Virus record (IMG/VR): IMGVR_UViG_3300025115_000005
DNA length: 64,000 nucleotides
Reading direction: 5' to 3' (one strand)
Origin: an uncultured virus (IMG/VR IMGVR_UViG_3300025115_000005)
Lineage: Duplodnaviria; Heunggongvirae; Uroviricota; Caudoviricetes
The notes under the pieces were generated by a model. The model worked only from the letters and a program-made list of their open reading frames with translations, had not been told where the DNA came from and searched no databases. The number at the start of each line of letters is the position of its first letter. Positions within the stretch are counted from its first letter, which is position 1. Shown here piece by piece: positions 26,197 through 35,700 of this stretch. The translations under genes were made by a program, and so were the position numbers.

Positions 26197-27057
26197 TTAG
26201 ACTGACTCTTTAGGAATGATATCCATTACACCTAGATTATCTATTTGTTTAATGATAGGTACCCCGTATGAATCAGTGCCTACTTTAACATAGATACCAG
26301 ATGCTTTATAGATCTTATCATTATGAACCAGATAGAGTGTTGGATTCTTCTCGGCTAATTGTTTAATGTCTGCACTTGTATACATTGTGTATCCAGTAAA
26401 GACATAAAGCTTAGTGAGTAGCACATACTTCCCTGGATCAAGATTATTAAATGTGATTACTTCTTTAGGTCCACTAATCATTCGTGTATCTGTGCGTTTA
26501 GTTTGACCTAAAGCATCCAGGAGGTTAGTTACTACATGAAAGTCATCGTTATAATAGTTGAAGTCTTGATCAGAATACCAAGCAAAGGCATGCTTAACTG
26601 TTAACGTTCCAGCTTTATACTTATCTTCAGTTACTACAGTAGGTGTATTGATAGGTTGAGATACAAGTTTAATGTCTGAGCTTTCCCAGATCAAAGTCTT
26701 TACATCCGTTACATTATAGATTCTGATACGTACAATTTTAGCCAAGGCACGGCTATCTAATAAGTATCCACCAAACAAGTTAACCCTTAAGTTAAAACTT
26801 ATGGATTTATTAACACTGATATGGTAAACCTCATCTTGTAATACACCGTCAGGAACAACATCTATCCAGTAGAACTGGCTGTCCATGTATTCTCTTCCTT
26901 GATAGACATAAGCAACTTGAAAAGATTCAGGAGGATCCTGATCTAAGTTATTCTCGATGGTGCACTTGATGTAGGCAAGATAATTTTTGTAGACAGTGCC
27001 GTGAATCTTAAACACTGCATCAATTTCTTGACCATATTGGTTCTTTAGATTAGTCAT
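26197..27057 (-). CDS. Hypothetical beta-rich (probably structural) protein
   Basis: 286 aa; Ig/FN3-like TFNNLDPGKYVL segment. Confidence 0.65.
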   Translation of the reverse strand: MTNLKNQYGQEIDAVFKIHGTVYKNYLAYIKCTIENNLDQDPPESFQVAYVYQGREYMDSQFYWIDVVPDGVLQDEVYHISVNKSISFNLRVNLFGGYLLDSRALAKIVRIRIYNVTDVKTLIWESSDIKLVSQPINTPTVVTEDKYKAGTLTVKHAFAWYSDQDFNYYNDDFHVVTNLLDALGQTKRTDTRMISGPKEVITFNNLDPGKYVLLTKLYVFTGYTMYTSADIKQLAEKNPTLYLVHNDKIYKASGIYVKVGTDSYGVPIIKQIDNLGVMDIIPKESV

Positions 27058-27712
27058 CTGATGGTACCTGAACGTAGAATGTGCCGTCTTCCTTTCCTGT
27101 TAGTGCTGTGATAGGATCTGTTGTGCCATATAAAAGCTTACCTTCTAAGACAAGTGTAGCTTTTTGTTCTGCAATCTCTTCTGCTTGCGATTGAGTCACA
27201 AGTTCTTCAGATGAACCCAAGATGTTATCTGGATCTGTATATATTTTAGGGTTGTTTCTAAAGTAAGATTGATTGCTTACATAAAGTTGGAACACTCTAG
27301 CGTTGTCTTCAATCGTTGCATTAACTAGGATAGCTCTACCAATGAGAGGTTGTAATCTAAAGATACATAACTTGTTAGGAACTATAGCTTGAGCCTGAAT
27401 AGGTTTAGTTGTTCCATCGGAAGCTTCATAGTAGATATTATAAATGATTGCTGAATTTGTTCCGTGAATAATTCTTAGCTCATTCATCTGGCTTATAACA
27501 TTCTTGCTTGATTTAACAGGAACATAATAAAGAAGTGTAGTTGGCTTCTCTCTTGTAGAAGGAACAAACACATTAAAAATTCTATCTGGATCAGATATGA
27601 TTTGTGTATATACATATGGAATGTATTTATAAAACTCAGCGATTGAATCATTGATAGGTAGCAAGGCTTGTTCCATTTGCAATACCTTAATTTCTAATTC
27701 TTCAAGCGTCAC
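27050..27712 (-). CDS. Hypothetical structural protein
   Basis: 220 aa; C-terminal YGTTDP...GKEDGTFYVQ junction motif common in tail proteins. Confidence 0.6.
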   Translation of the reverse strand: MTLEELEIKVLQMEQALLPINDSIAEFYKYIPYVYTQIISDPDRIFNVFVPSTREKPTTLLYYVPVKSSKNVISQMNELRIIHGTNSAIIYNIYYEASDGTTKPIQAQAIVPNKLCIFRLQPLIGRAILVNATIEDNARVFQLYVSNQSYFRNNPKIYTDPDNILGSSEELVTQSQAEEIAEQKATLVLEGKLLYGTTDPITALTGKEDGTFYVQVPSDD

Positions 27713-28628
27713 TGTCGTCGCCTCCTTGAGGGTTTAAACCCTGTGATTTTAGTTCACGTTTAACATAGTTACGATACTCTTTAACCATGCCATCTTGGAA
27801 CATAATGTCGGTTAGTGTTACCGTTTGATTCCATTCTTCTTTAAACCTGATAGCAATAAATATATTCCATGCCATGGACATAATTTTAATTCCGGTGTTA
27901 GCCCAGAAGGTTACACCGAATTCGAACTGAAGTATCATTGAGGATACAAACATGAAGATACCTGTAATTAAAACAATTATAGGAATACGTGATCTGAATA
28001 ATTTCCATCCTTTACCTTTGGTTACGAACTCATTAACTTGTCTTACTTTGTTAGAGTTCTTAGGAAACGATCCACTAACTACTACATTAATATCAATTTC
28101 ATCATAAGTAACTTTGATATGTTTGATATTTGCTCTTAGCCATTTCTCGTTAGATCTGTCTTCAAGATACTTACGTTTCATGCAATATGGGTTCGTAAGT
28201 TTTTTATCTTGATCTTCTTCTCTTGTGCTATCGTATAATATTAAGTCTTCTTCTTTAGCTTTAAATTCTAAGTTATGAAGCTGCACTCTCAGGACTTCTT
28301 GATATTGATTGATCTTACGTATAGGGTTGATGTAGTTTTTAAACTTGGTCCATACGGTAGGTCTGTACTCTAATTTAATAAACTTTTTAATATCTTCTTC
28401 AGCTGCTTTATACTCTTCATTAGTTCTCTTGTATTCATCAATGCCTAAGAAGATAACAGCAAATGTAATCATCACAAGAGAGATAACTGCAAAGAGATTC
28501 TCCATGAACCATGCCATAGTTCGATCTCTAAGTGAAGGAGATACATTAAATACTGCGGAGGATATAATCATGATTGCTATACCAGATAGCATCAGTAATC
28601 CCCACATAATCTTTTTAACTAAGTTCAT
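27702..28628 (-). CDS. Membrane protein (2+2 TM helices around a soluble loop)
   Basis: Hydrophobic stretches at the N-terminus and near the C-terminus. Confidence 0.75.
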   Translation of the reverse strand: MNLVKKIMWGLLMLSGIAIMIISSAVFNVSPSLRDRTMAWFMENLFAVISLVMITFAVIFLGIDEYKRTNEEYKAAEEDIKKFIKLEYRPTVWTKFKNYINPIRKINQYQEVLRVQLHNLEFKAKEEDLILYDSTREEDQDKKLTNPYCMKRKYLEDRSNEKWLRANIKHIKVTYDEIDINVVVSGSFPKNSNKVRQVNEFVTKGKGWKLFRSRIPIIVLITGIFMFVSSMILQFEFGVTFWANTGIKIMSMAWNIFIAIRFKEEWNQTVTLTDIMFQDGMVKEYRNYVKRELKSQGLNPQGGDDSDA

Positions 28629-29092
28629 ACTTGAATAACCCCGGCTTTCTTCATCGCACTGATGACTGCGTCTTCACGCTCTTCCTTAAGGAGGATGTAA
28701 TCGTAGTGCATTAGGATAGGGTAGATACCACCCCATGCTACTGATTCACATATAGCTATAACCATAGTTACATAACTAAAGGCTGCAAAGTATAAGTGGA
28801 CACCATAGACTAATCCAAATAGAACCCATGCTCCTATAATAGCGGGTGCTACAGTAAAGAATACTTTCCAGAATCCGTATCTCAGTGCCTTTATTCTTGC
28901 CTTCACAAATTTTCTGAATACAAATAGTAGCACAATAGAGATTGTGATTACTAATCCAGATACTTTCCATACTGTATCTCTTTCAAAGTCCCACAGTTTA
29001 GGATACTTAAATGAAAAGATAACGATAGGCAAGACAATTGCGATAACGATAAAGGCAATCGTGTATAACGACTGCTTTAATTTTGTGCTCAT
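28625..29092 (-). CDS. Membrane protein (about 4 TM helices)
   Basis: Four hydrophobic segments; possible holin or lysis factor (inference). Confidence 0.7.
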   Translation of the reverse strand: MSTKLKQSLYTIAFIVIAIVLPIVIFSFKYPKLWDFERDTVWKVSGLVITISIVLLFVFRKFVKARIKALRYGFWKVFFTVAPAIIGAWVLFGLVYGVHLYFAAFSYVTMVIAICESVAWGGIYPILMHYDYILLKEEREDAVISAMKKAGVIQV

Positions 29093-29562
29093 GTTAGCTC
29101 GTCAACTTGTGGGATATCAGTCTGAAGGGTTAATCCGGTAATAAGGTTATCTGCTTTTTCCTGTGCTTTAAGAAGCAGCTCTGCAGCTTGTTTAGCTATA
29201 GCATCTTTACCCAGGTTGAGTGCGATGTCAATAGCTTTAGCTGCTTCTGACTTAACGTCTGTGATCATAGTCTTAGCAAGTCTTGCAATTTCCATCTTAA
29301 CTGGTGCAGTTAATCCTTTAGATTCTACAAAGGCAAGGGTGAACATCTGCCCTAGCTTTTCAATTGTATCTGTTAAACGCAGAACAAGTCCACTGAGTTC
29401 AGATATCTGGCCATCTTTAGCAGCGATGATAGCTGCTTTAGATCTTAGCTTAGCGATGATAATTGAAAGTAATGCAGTACCTAATGCTGGAAGTGACGCA
29501 AGGATCCAGGATCCTGCTTGTGTTCCTGCAAATTCTTGAAATGAATATAGAACTGTAAACAT
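29089..29562 (-). CDS. Membrane-anchored coiled-coil protein
   Basis: N-terminal TM (WILASLPALGTALLSIIIA) followed by Ala-rich helices. Confidence 0.7.
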   Translation of the reverse strand: MFTVLYSFQEFAGTQAGSWILASLPALGTALLSIIIAKLRSKAAIIAAKDGQISELSGLVLRLTDTIEKLGQMFTLAFVESKGLTAPVKMEIARLAKTMITDVKSEAAKAIDIALNLGKDAIAKQAAELLLKAQEKADNLITGLTLQTDIPQVDELT

Positions 29563-29573
29563 ATTTTATCCTC

Positions 29574-30311
29574 CTATATAACGTCTCGGTTTTCTTCCTG
29601 GAGAATTTTAGCTTCCAGTTCACCGAGGCTTTTCGCTATCTTAGTGAGTGCTTCTTGAATTTTTTTATCGTTCTCAGCACTTTGTCTAACTACAGTTAAT
29701 AGATCTTTCATGACATCTGCTACGGACTTATCTCCAGCATACGGGATATCCTTAGCAGATAAAGAAAGCTTCTGATCGTTTGCCTTTACTCCATTAACTT
29801 CTTTAATGACATCATAGAAGGGAAACATAAATGCTGCGTTACCTTCATCATCGATTGTCATTAAGACCATACCTTTCTTAACATACTCTTTGTTGTATGG
29901 AGGAAGGTTAGGTTTAACAAATCCTTTGGCATATGAATCTAATCTAAATCTAAGTTCAGTTATATCTAAACCTATTAACTTCATAATGTCCTGCTCACGA
30001 TTGGTTCTTTGAATAGATCTAAGATCAACAGCGATGTTCAATTTTGGTCCATGTACCCATTCATTTGCATTAAAGACTGCAATATGAATATCAACTCTTT
30101 GTTCACTAAAACTATTAGGAAATTTAAAAGTGACTTCACGAACATTGGGTTGTGTTTGATTCAGTGGCAGGCTTACTTTAAAGCTCTCAGTTTCTACAAT
30201 GGCTAGTAACTGAATAGTTTCTGGTAGATCTGTTTCTACTGTAAGCATTCCATTAAATGTCTTGTGTCCCTGAGGAAGTAGTCTAAGATCTTCAATTAGT
30301 TTGTAGCTCAT
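29574..30311 (-). CDS. Hypothetical structural protein
   Basis: Contains IKEVNGVK...LSLSAKDIPY, a tail-fibre-type repeat, and a C-terminal coiled coil. Confidence 0.65.
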   Translation of the reverse strand: MSYKLIEDLRLLPQGHKTFNGMLTVETDLPETIQLLAIVETESFKVSLPLNQTQPNVREVTFKFPNSFSEQRVDIHIAVFNANEWVHGPKLNIAVDLRSIQRTNREQDIMKLIGLDITELRFRLDSYAKGFVKPNLPPYNKEYVKKGMVLMTIDDEGNAAFMFPFYDVIKEVNGVKANDQKLSLSAKDIPYAGDKSVADVMKDLLTVVRQSAENDKKIQEALTKIAKSLGELEAKILQEENRDVI

Positions 30312-30469
30312 AGTATCAGCTCCTCAGGTTGATTGTTTGGTTTAATAAATGCATTGTATTCTTCTTCTGTGATGACAATAAAGTCAGGATGTAAAATAGC
30401 ATTGTCATCTTTGATAGCTCTTACTGATTTAGTAGAACCATCTAAATATATTTCTTTAACATAGATCAT
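30308..30469 (-). CDS. Small protein with ITEEEY motif, possible fibre assembly chaperone (53 aa, not in the ORF track)
   Basis: AGGCGGTG RBS-like site; MIYVKEIYLDG...VITEEEYNAF; its stop overlaps the next ATG. Confidence 0.55.
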   Translation of the reverse strand: MIYVKEIYLDGSTKSVRAIKDDNAILHPDFIVITEEEYNAFIKPNNQPEELIL

Positions 30470-30472
30470 ATG

Positions 30473-31783
30473 TTACACCGCCTTCTTTACTCTATAGATA
30501 ACAACTAAACTTTGTGGTTTAGTTCCTGAGTATCCTGTTTCATCATAAACAATCGTGACTTGTTCAGCTGACATTGTGATACTAACTGTAACAAATTGAT
30601 AGTTACCACTACCACCATTAGTGATGTTAAATGTTTTGTTACCATAAATCCATTTAGATGTAGTCTTTGCATTGACATAGTCGTAGAAGTCTAGTTGAAC
30701 TGCAAAGCCATCTACACTGACAGTGGAGTCAGATGATAGCGGAGCTCCTGTTGTTGAGCCTAAGCCTTCACCGGCGGGACCTTGAGATCCGGTAGGTCCA
30801 ATATTTCCTGTATCCCCTTTGTCTCCTTTGTCTCCTTTAGCTCCTGGATTACCTTGGATACCTTGGATACCTTGAATACCTTGGATACCTTGGATACCTT
30901 GGCCGCCCGTGTCGCCCGTGTCACCCTTGTCACCCTTGTCACCCTTGTCACCCTTGTCACCCTTAGGTCCTAAGACGTTACCTGTATCTACCCAATTGTA
31001 TACATTAGGATTTGTTGATATAAGCGAAGCAACAAAGAAATGTTGATGGGCTGGGTTTGATTCATTGATTAAAATATAGGCATGGCTTAATATTAAAGCT
31101 GTAGCTGTAGGTAATTCTGATTCATCAGTGATACTACCTTTAAGAATGAATGGTGTGCCAGGATCACCTTTGTCTCCTTTTTCGCCAGGGAGTCCTTGTT
31201 GCCCCGGAGCACCTGTATGACCTGTATCACCTTTTAAACCTGGAATACCTTGAGGCCCTTCAGGTCCTTGAGGTCCACGTATGTTTGTACCTTGAGGTAG
31301 CGTCAGTCCATGGTCAAAGACTTGAGTACCTGTCTTATCTACAACTATCCAGCTGATTTCGAAATCTTCAATAACAGGTATCAATGTATATCCTGGTTCA
31401 CCATCAGCACCTGGATCTCCGTCAGATCCTTGTGCACCTGGTGTGCCTTGTGCTAAGACGTTAGTGTTAACACCGTCAATATACCAGTACCCATCAATGA
31501 TTGAGAATGTTTGTATAACCTCAACAATTTCTTGTGGAGGAATTGAGCCAGTAAAATTTTGCAAGATGTCTAAAATGTTAGGCGTTTCTCTAATGATCTC
31601 TTCATAGCTGGAGACGAACTGTTCAATCACTGCATTGTGTGAGGCCTCAGCGGTTTCAATCTGCCCTTTATAATTTTTCATCTCTGTGTAGAGTGTGATA
31701 AAAGCATTCACACTTTTGATGATTGTATTAAGTTCTGCAGTTGTAATCTCTTGACCTTGTCTGAAATAGGGAATCTTATTCAC
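30473..31783 (-). CDS. Collagen-like (Gly-X-Y) fibre protein
   Basis: Three GXY blocks (GPQGPEG..., GDKGDK..., QGIQGI...), DGYWYIDGVNT motif. Confidence 0.88.
   Translation of the reverse strand: MNKIPYFRQGQEITTAELNTIIKSVNAFITLYTEMKNYKGQIETAEASHNAVIEQFVSSYEEIIRETPNILDILQNFTGSIPPQEIVEVIQTFSIIDGYWYIDGVNTNVLAQGTPGAQGSDGDPGADGEPGYTLIPVIEDFEISWIVVDKTGTQVFDHGLTLPQGTNIRGPQGPEGPQGIPGLKGDTGHTGAPGQQGLPGEKGDKGDPGTPFILKGSITDESELPTATALILSHAYILINESNPAHQHFFVASLISTNPNVYNWVDTGNVLGPKGDKGDKGDKGDKGDTGDTGGQGIQGIQGIQGIQGIQGNPGAKGDKGDKGDTGNIGPTGSQGPAGEGLGSTTGAPLSSDSTVSVDGFAVQLDFYDYVNAKTTSKWIYGNKTFNITNGGSGNYQFVTVSITMSAEQVTIVYDETGYSGTKPQSLVVIYRVKKAV
30850..30964. repeat. Two 9-bp tandem repeat arrays encoding collagen triplets
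   Basis: (TACCTTGGA) about 5-6 copies at 30850-30900 and (GTCACCCTT) x5 at 30920-30964. Confidence 0.9.
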
Positions 31784-32081
31784 TTAAGTCATCTCCTTTT
31801 GACTTTATTATATCATTACGTTTCTTATTAATAAATAGTTTCTTTTGAATCCATAAAGCAATTGCAAATGTAATAGGCTTTTCTATGGTGAATGGAAGCC
31901 ATAAGATGACAGCCCATGTTGATCCTGCCACTGTCATCCAGTTCCATCCTAAGATAGGCCCTAAAGCTATAAATATATAACACCACCCGTTAGTGATTAT
32001 CCATGCTATACCAAATGAGATAAACATTTTTGGTGTGAGGTAAGGCTTTATCTTATTATAAAGCGACGAATACCGAGACAT
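31776..32081 (-). CDS. Small membrane protein
   Basis: Trp-rich hydrophobic helices (FGIAWIITNGWCYIF...WAVILWLPFTIEK); start uncertain. Confidence 0.65.
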   Translation of the reverse strand: MSRYSSLYNKIKPYLTPKMFISFGIAWIITNGWCYIFIALGPILGWNWMTVAGSTWAVILWLPFTIEKPITFAIALWIQKKLFINKKRNDIIKSKGDDLSE

Positions 32082-32412
32082 AATCTGATGGGCCTTTCCC
32101 TGAAGCTTGTGCGAATGCATAAATAGTACCATCACCTGCAAATCCACCTAAGTCCTGTGTAATTAATGATGATGTTATTCCACTGTTAAGAACTGTTTCA
32201 AATAAATCAGGTGCTGAGTCATTAAACTCTGACGTTATTGTTGCTTGAGCAGGATCGTTATTAGTGACTTTCCATTCGCAGTAGTAATTTCCTGAGCTGT
32301 TGTATATTCTACCATCGAGTATACTTGGTGCTATTGTGTCAGGGTATAACTTTAATGATGACGTACCATTAAATTTAATTGAAGATGTTCCATTGAAAGA
32401 TATTCTACTCAA
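32056..32412 (-). CDS. Hypothetical beta-rich protein
   Basis: 118 aa; duplicated FNGTSS at the N-terminus; GGAGG RBS with TTG start. Confidence 0.6.
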   Translation of the reverse strand: MSRISFNGTSSIKFNGTSSLKLYPDTIAPSILDGRIYNSSGNYYCEWKVTNNDPAQATITSEFNDSAPDLFETVLNSGITSSLITQDLGGFAGDGTIYAFAQASGKGPSDYVSVFVAL

Positions 32413-32638
32413 GTGGAACCACCTCCCACGAATCTATGGTAATGATGTGTGTAGTATCTCCAGGTGTATGTCCAATAAGCTCACTATTAAAATTGTCTCT
32501 GATGATAGTATAAGTTCTATCTCGAGAAACAAGCCATATCTTAGTCCCTTTACGTCCATCATTAAGATGCTCTGTGGTCTTAAGTTTCATTGTGTCTGTT
32601 ACATTTGCTAGTATAAAATTTAATAACTCTTGTTTCAT
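32405..32638 (-). CDS. Hypothetical protein
   Basis: 77 aa, AGGAGG RBS. Confidence 0.65.
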   Translation of the reverse strand: MKQELLNFILANVTDTMKLKTTEHLNDGRKGTKIWLVSRDRTYTIIRDNFNSELIGHTPGDTTHIITIDSWEVVPLE

Positions 32639-32747
32639 ATAGTCCTCCTATATATCAATGTATGCAGATATTACATTGGATATTGTGTTACATTACTAGC
32701 TGCTTGTGCTTGTGCAAGTAATGCTCCTGTCATTATACTCATTAACA

Positions 32748-35700
32748 TTATGCTTGCACCGCCCATACTGCGATCACTTCAGCTTCAGTTGTACTAAAGG
32801 ATGTAAGTGTTAAGATACCACGTTTACTTGCTGCAATGTTTGCTGGCTTAGTTCCCATGAACACCCACCCTGAAGGGAATGTTAATGTTCTTAAGGTTGC
32901 ACCATTAATAATTCTGATGGTAATTGTTCTGCCTGCTGCATAGTTTGATGCAGTGAATGTAATGTTACCTGTCAAAGCAGCCATGGTTCTATAGTTAGCA
33001 CCAGCAAAGTCAATGTTAATTGTGCCAGTTGTCCCTAACGTAGTAGGTGTAAACTGAACTTGCCCTGTGAATGTCTTATTACCAGCGACTGTCTGAGTTG
33101 TTGAATCAGTTCTAACCTGTGCTGCATTCTCTACGTTACCTAACCCAACATCAGTTGCTGTTGGCTTGTTACCAGCATGATAAATAAGGTTTGTACCAAT
33201 GTAACCTTGACCTGATGTGTTTACTTTAAATCTCACAGTCTCAGAACCTGCTGCACCTGAAGATATGATGAATTCTGTTGCGTTGTTATTAAGCAACCAT
33301 TGCTGTGCTGCACTACCAAGATTCAATGTGTTGCCTACGGTTGCAAGACTTGTAGATCCAGCCCATGTTGACAACGCCGTGTTTTCAACATTTGATAAAC
33401 CAACCGCAGCTTTATTAAGTGTCTGCCATGTTTTATCACCACGCCAATACTGTGCTGATGTGCCTGCACTGATCGCTGCTTCTTTACCATTCCATGTAGA
33501 CTTCTCAGTATCTGTGACAAAACGATAAGATGCGTTCTGTGAAATGTTTGCTGGATTAGTTGCATCTGTGTTAGGTACATTACCTAACCCAACATCAGTT
33601 GCTGACGGCTTGTTTCCTGCATGGTAGATAAGGTTTGTCCCTATATATCCATTGCCTGATGTGTCTACTTTAAATCTTTGTGTTCCATCACCTGTACCAG
33701 AGGCAATAATGAACTCTGTTGAAGTATTTCTAATGATCCATTGTTGTGTACTGTTACCTAAGTTTAAGCTTGTAGCAGCTTGATTCAAGTTAATTGAACC
33801 AGTCCATGTAGAGACGGCTATATTCTCTACATTACCTAAACCAAGTGAAGTTCTACCTGTGGCTGCGACAAGGTTAGTAGATCCACCGTCCCATTGTAAG
33901 CGACCACTATAAGCATTATCCCAGTTAGCAATCTTAGCTGCTGTTACAGCTGCGGCATCATGTGATGTAGATAATGCACCAACATCTGCTGCAGTTAATG
34001 TGATGTTTGCTGATAAAGCTTTAGAGTTAACAGTCCTTGTTTGTGGAACTTTCGTACCAATTTCAATCATGACTGTAGTTGAGAAGTTAGGATCATCTCC
34101 GAGTGCTGCAGCTAATTCATCTAGTGTATTAAGCAGATCGGGTGAGCTTGCAATAAGATTACCTATAGCAGTCATTACGAATGCTGTGGTTGCTAACTGT
34201 GTATCACTTGTTCCTGCTGCTACAGTTACTCCAATAGGTGCTGCTCTAAAGGTGACAACGTTTGAATTATGTGGGTAATGGAATACAACTTCTTTAGCAC
34301 CTGCATTCATTCGATAGAATGCAATATAATCTGCAATTTCTCCTGTTGCAAATACTGGCGTGCCATCACCGTTATAGAAGATACCACCACCAAAAGTTGT
34401 CGATTGTCCTACATATAAGTAACCAGTTCCTTGAGAGTTACCGTAGGCTTCGAAGCCTGCATTGTATCCATCTGCTGATAAGGCTCTGACAAATGTATGT
34501 GCTGCTCGTGCTGTTCCACCTACAGTTAGATCTCCTGCAATGTAACCAGTTCGTGTTGCATAAAAGTCACCGGAGTTATTCACCTTAAACTGTACAGTTC
34601 CAGTTCCAGTTCCTGATGCAATACTATATTCAGTTGCTGAGTTAGTGATGATCCATTGTTGAGTAGCATTACCTAAGTTAACAATAGATGCTAGCTGATT
34701 TATGTTTGTGGATCCTATGTAAGATGACACCGGTGTTCTAGCATCAGTTAGTCTTGCGTCATTATCAAAAATTGTTTGACGTAAATTTACAGAAAGGTTT
34801 ACCTCTTTTGTCCCTGTAGGTTTTACTCCATTACTTATTGACGTGACTTTATTTACTTGCTTACCACTAAGTGCTGATATGCAATATACGTCAAAACCTT
34901 GCCAGTAAGCTTGACGAGCAAACCAAAATGTTAGATTACCTCCAACGTTTAAAGCATATATAGTAGGTATTAACCTTCCGCTAGATGTTCCTCCGTGATT
35001 GATAATAGTATTATTATAGATGTATCCTTGTATGTTTACATTAAAAGGTATTAGTTCACCATAAGAGTTACCTCTTATAATTAACAAGAAAGGATCTCCT
35101 TCAGATACACCGTAGTTGATTGAAGTTGTAATGATTGTACCATCTGCAAAATCTCTAGCAGAATGAAAAAACATTCTACTATCTATTTCAGTTTCTGTGT
35201 AATATCTATCATCATGTAGATGATTTCCTGCAGCATAATTTGTAGCACCTGTACCTATATTGGCGAATTGAGCATTCCATTCTTGATACCAGGAAGTCCA
35301 AGCTCCATTATTGATTCTATATCTATAATATTTTTTACCATCTGTTTGTTGTAATGTTTGTCTAATCCAATTAGTACTCAAATTATAATTTATATTGTCG
35401 TTTACTTCTACATGGAGCCAACCCCAAGTTGATGCATTAGCGGTTCCTGTTGAAGAAGAATCAAAATAATAGAATCCAGGTGTATATGTTGTGTCTAATG
35501 CAGATGCATAACTTCTATAGACACTTAATAATGATGAAGGATTATTCACTGAGTAAACTCTACTTGTTCCTTCATAAAGTTGAACGGCTTCAAAAGATCC
35601 ATCTGCCTTTAAAGAAGCCATTAATGCATAACTTGATGTATCTTGAGCTCCTGCTGCTGTTAGGTTATATCTGTAAAATCTAAGCGGTGATCCCTCGCCT

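Noticed and set aside
30850..30964. CRISPR array
   Set aside because: These are 9-bp tandem units without spacers, explained by collagen coding.
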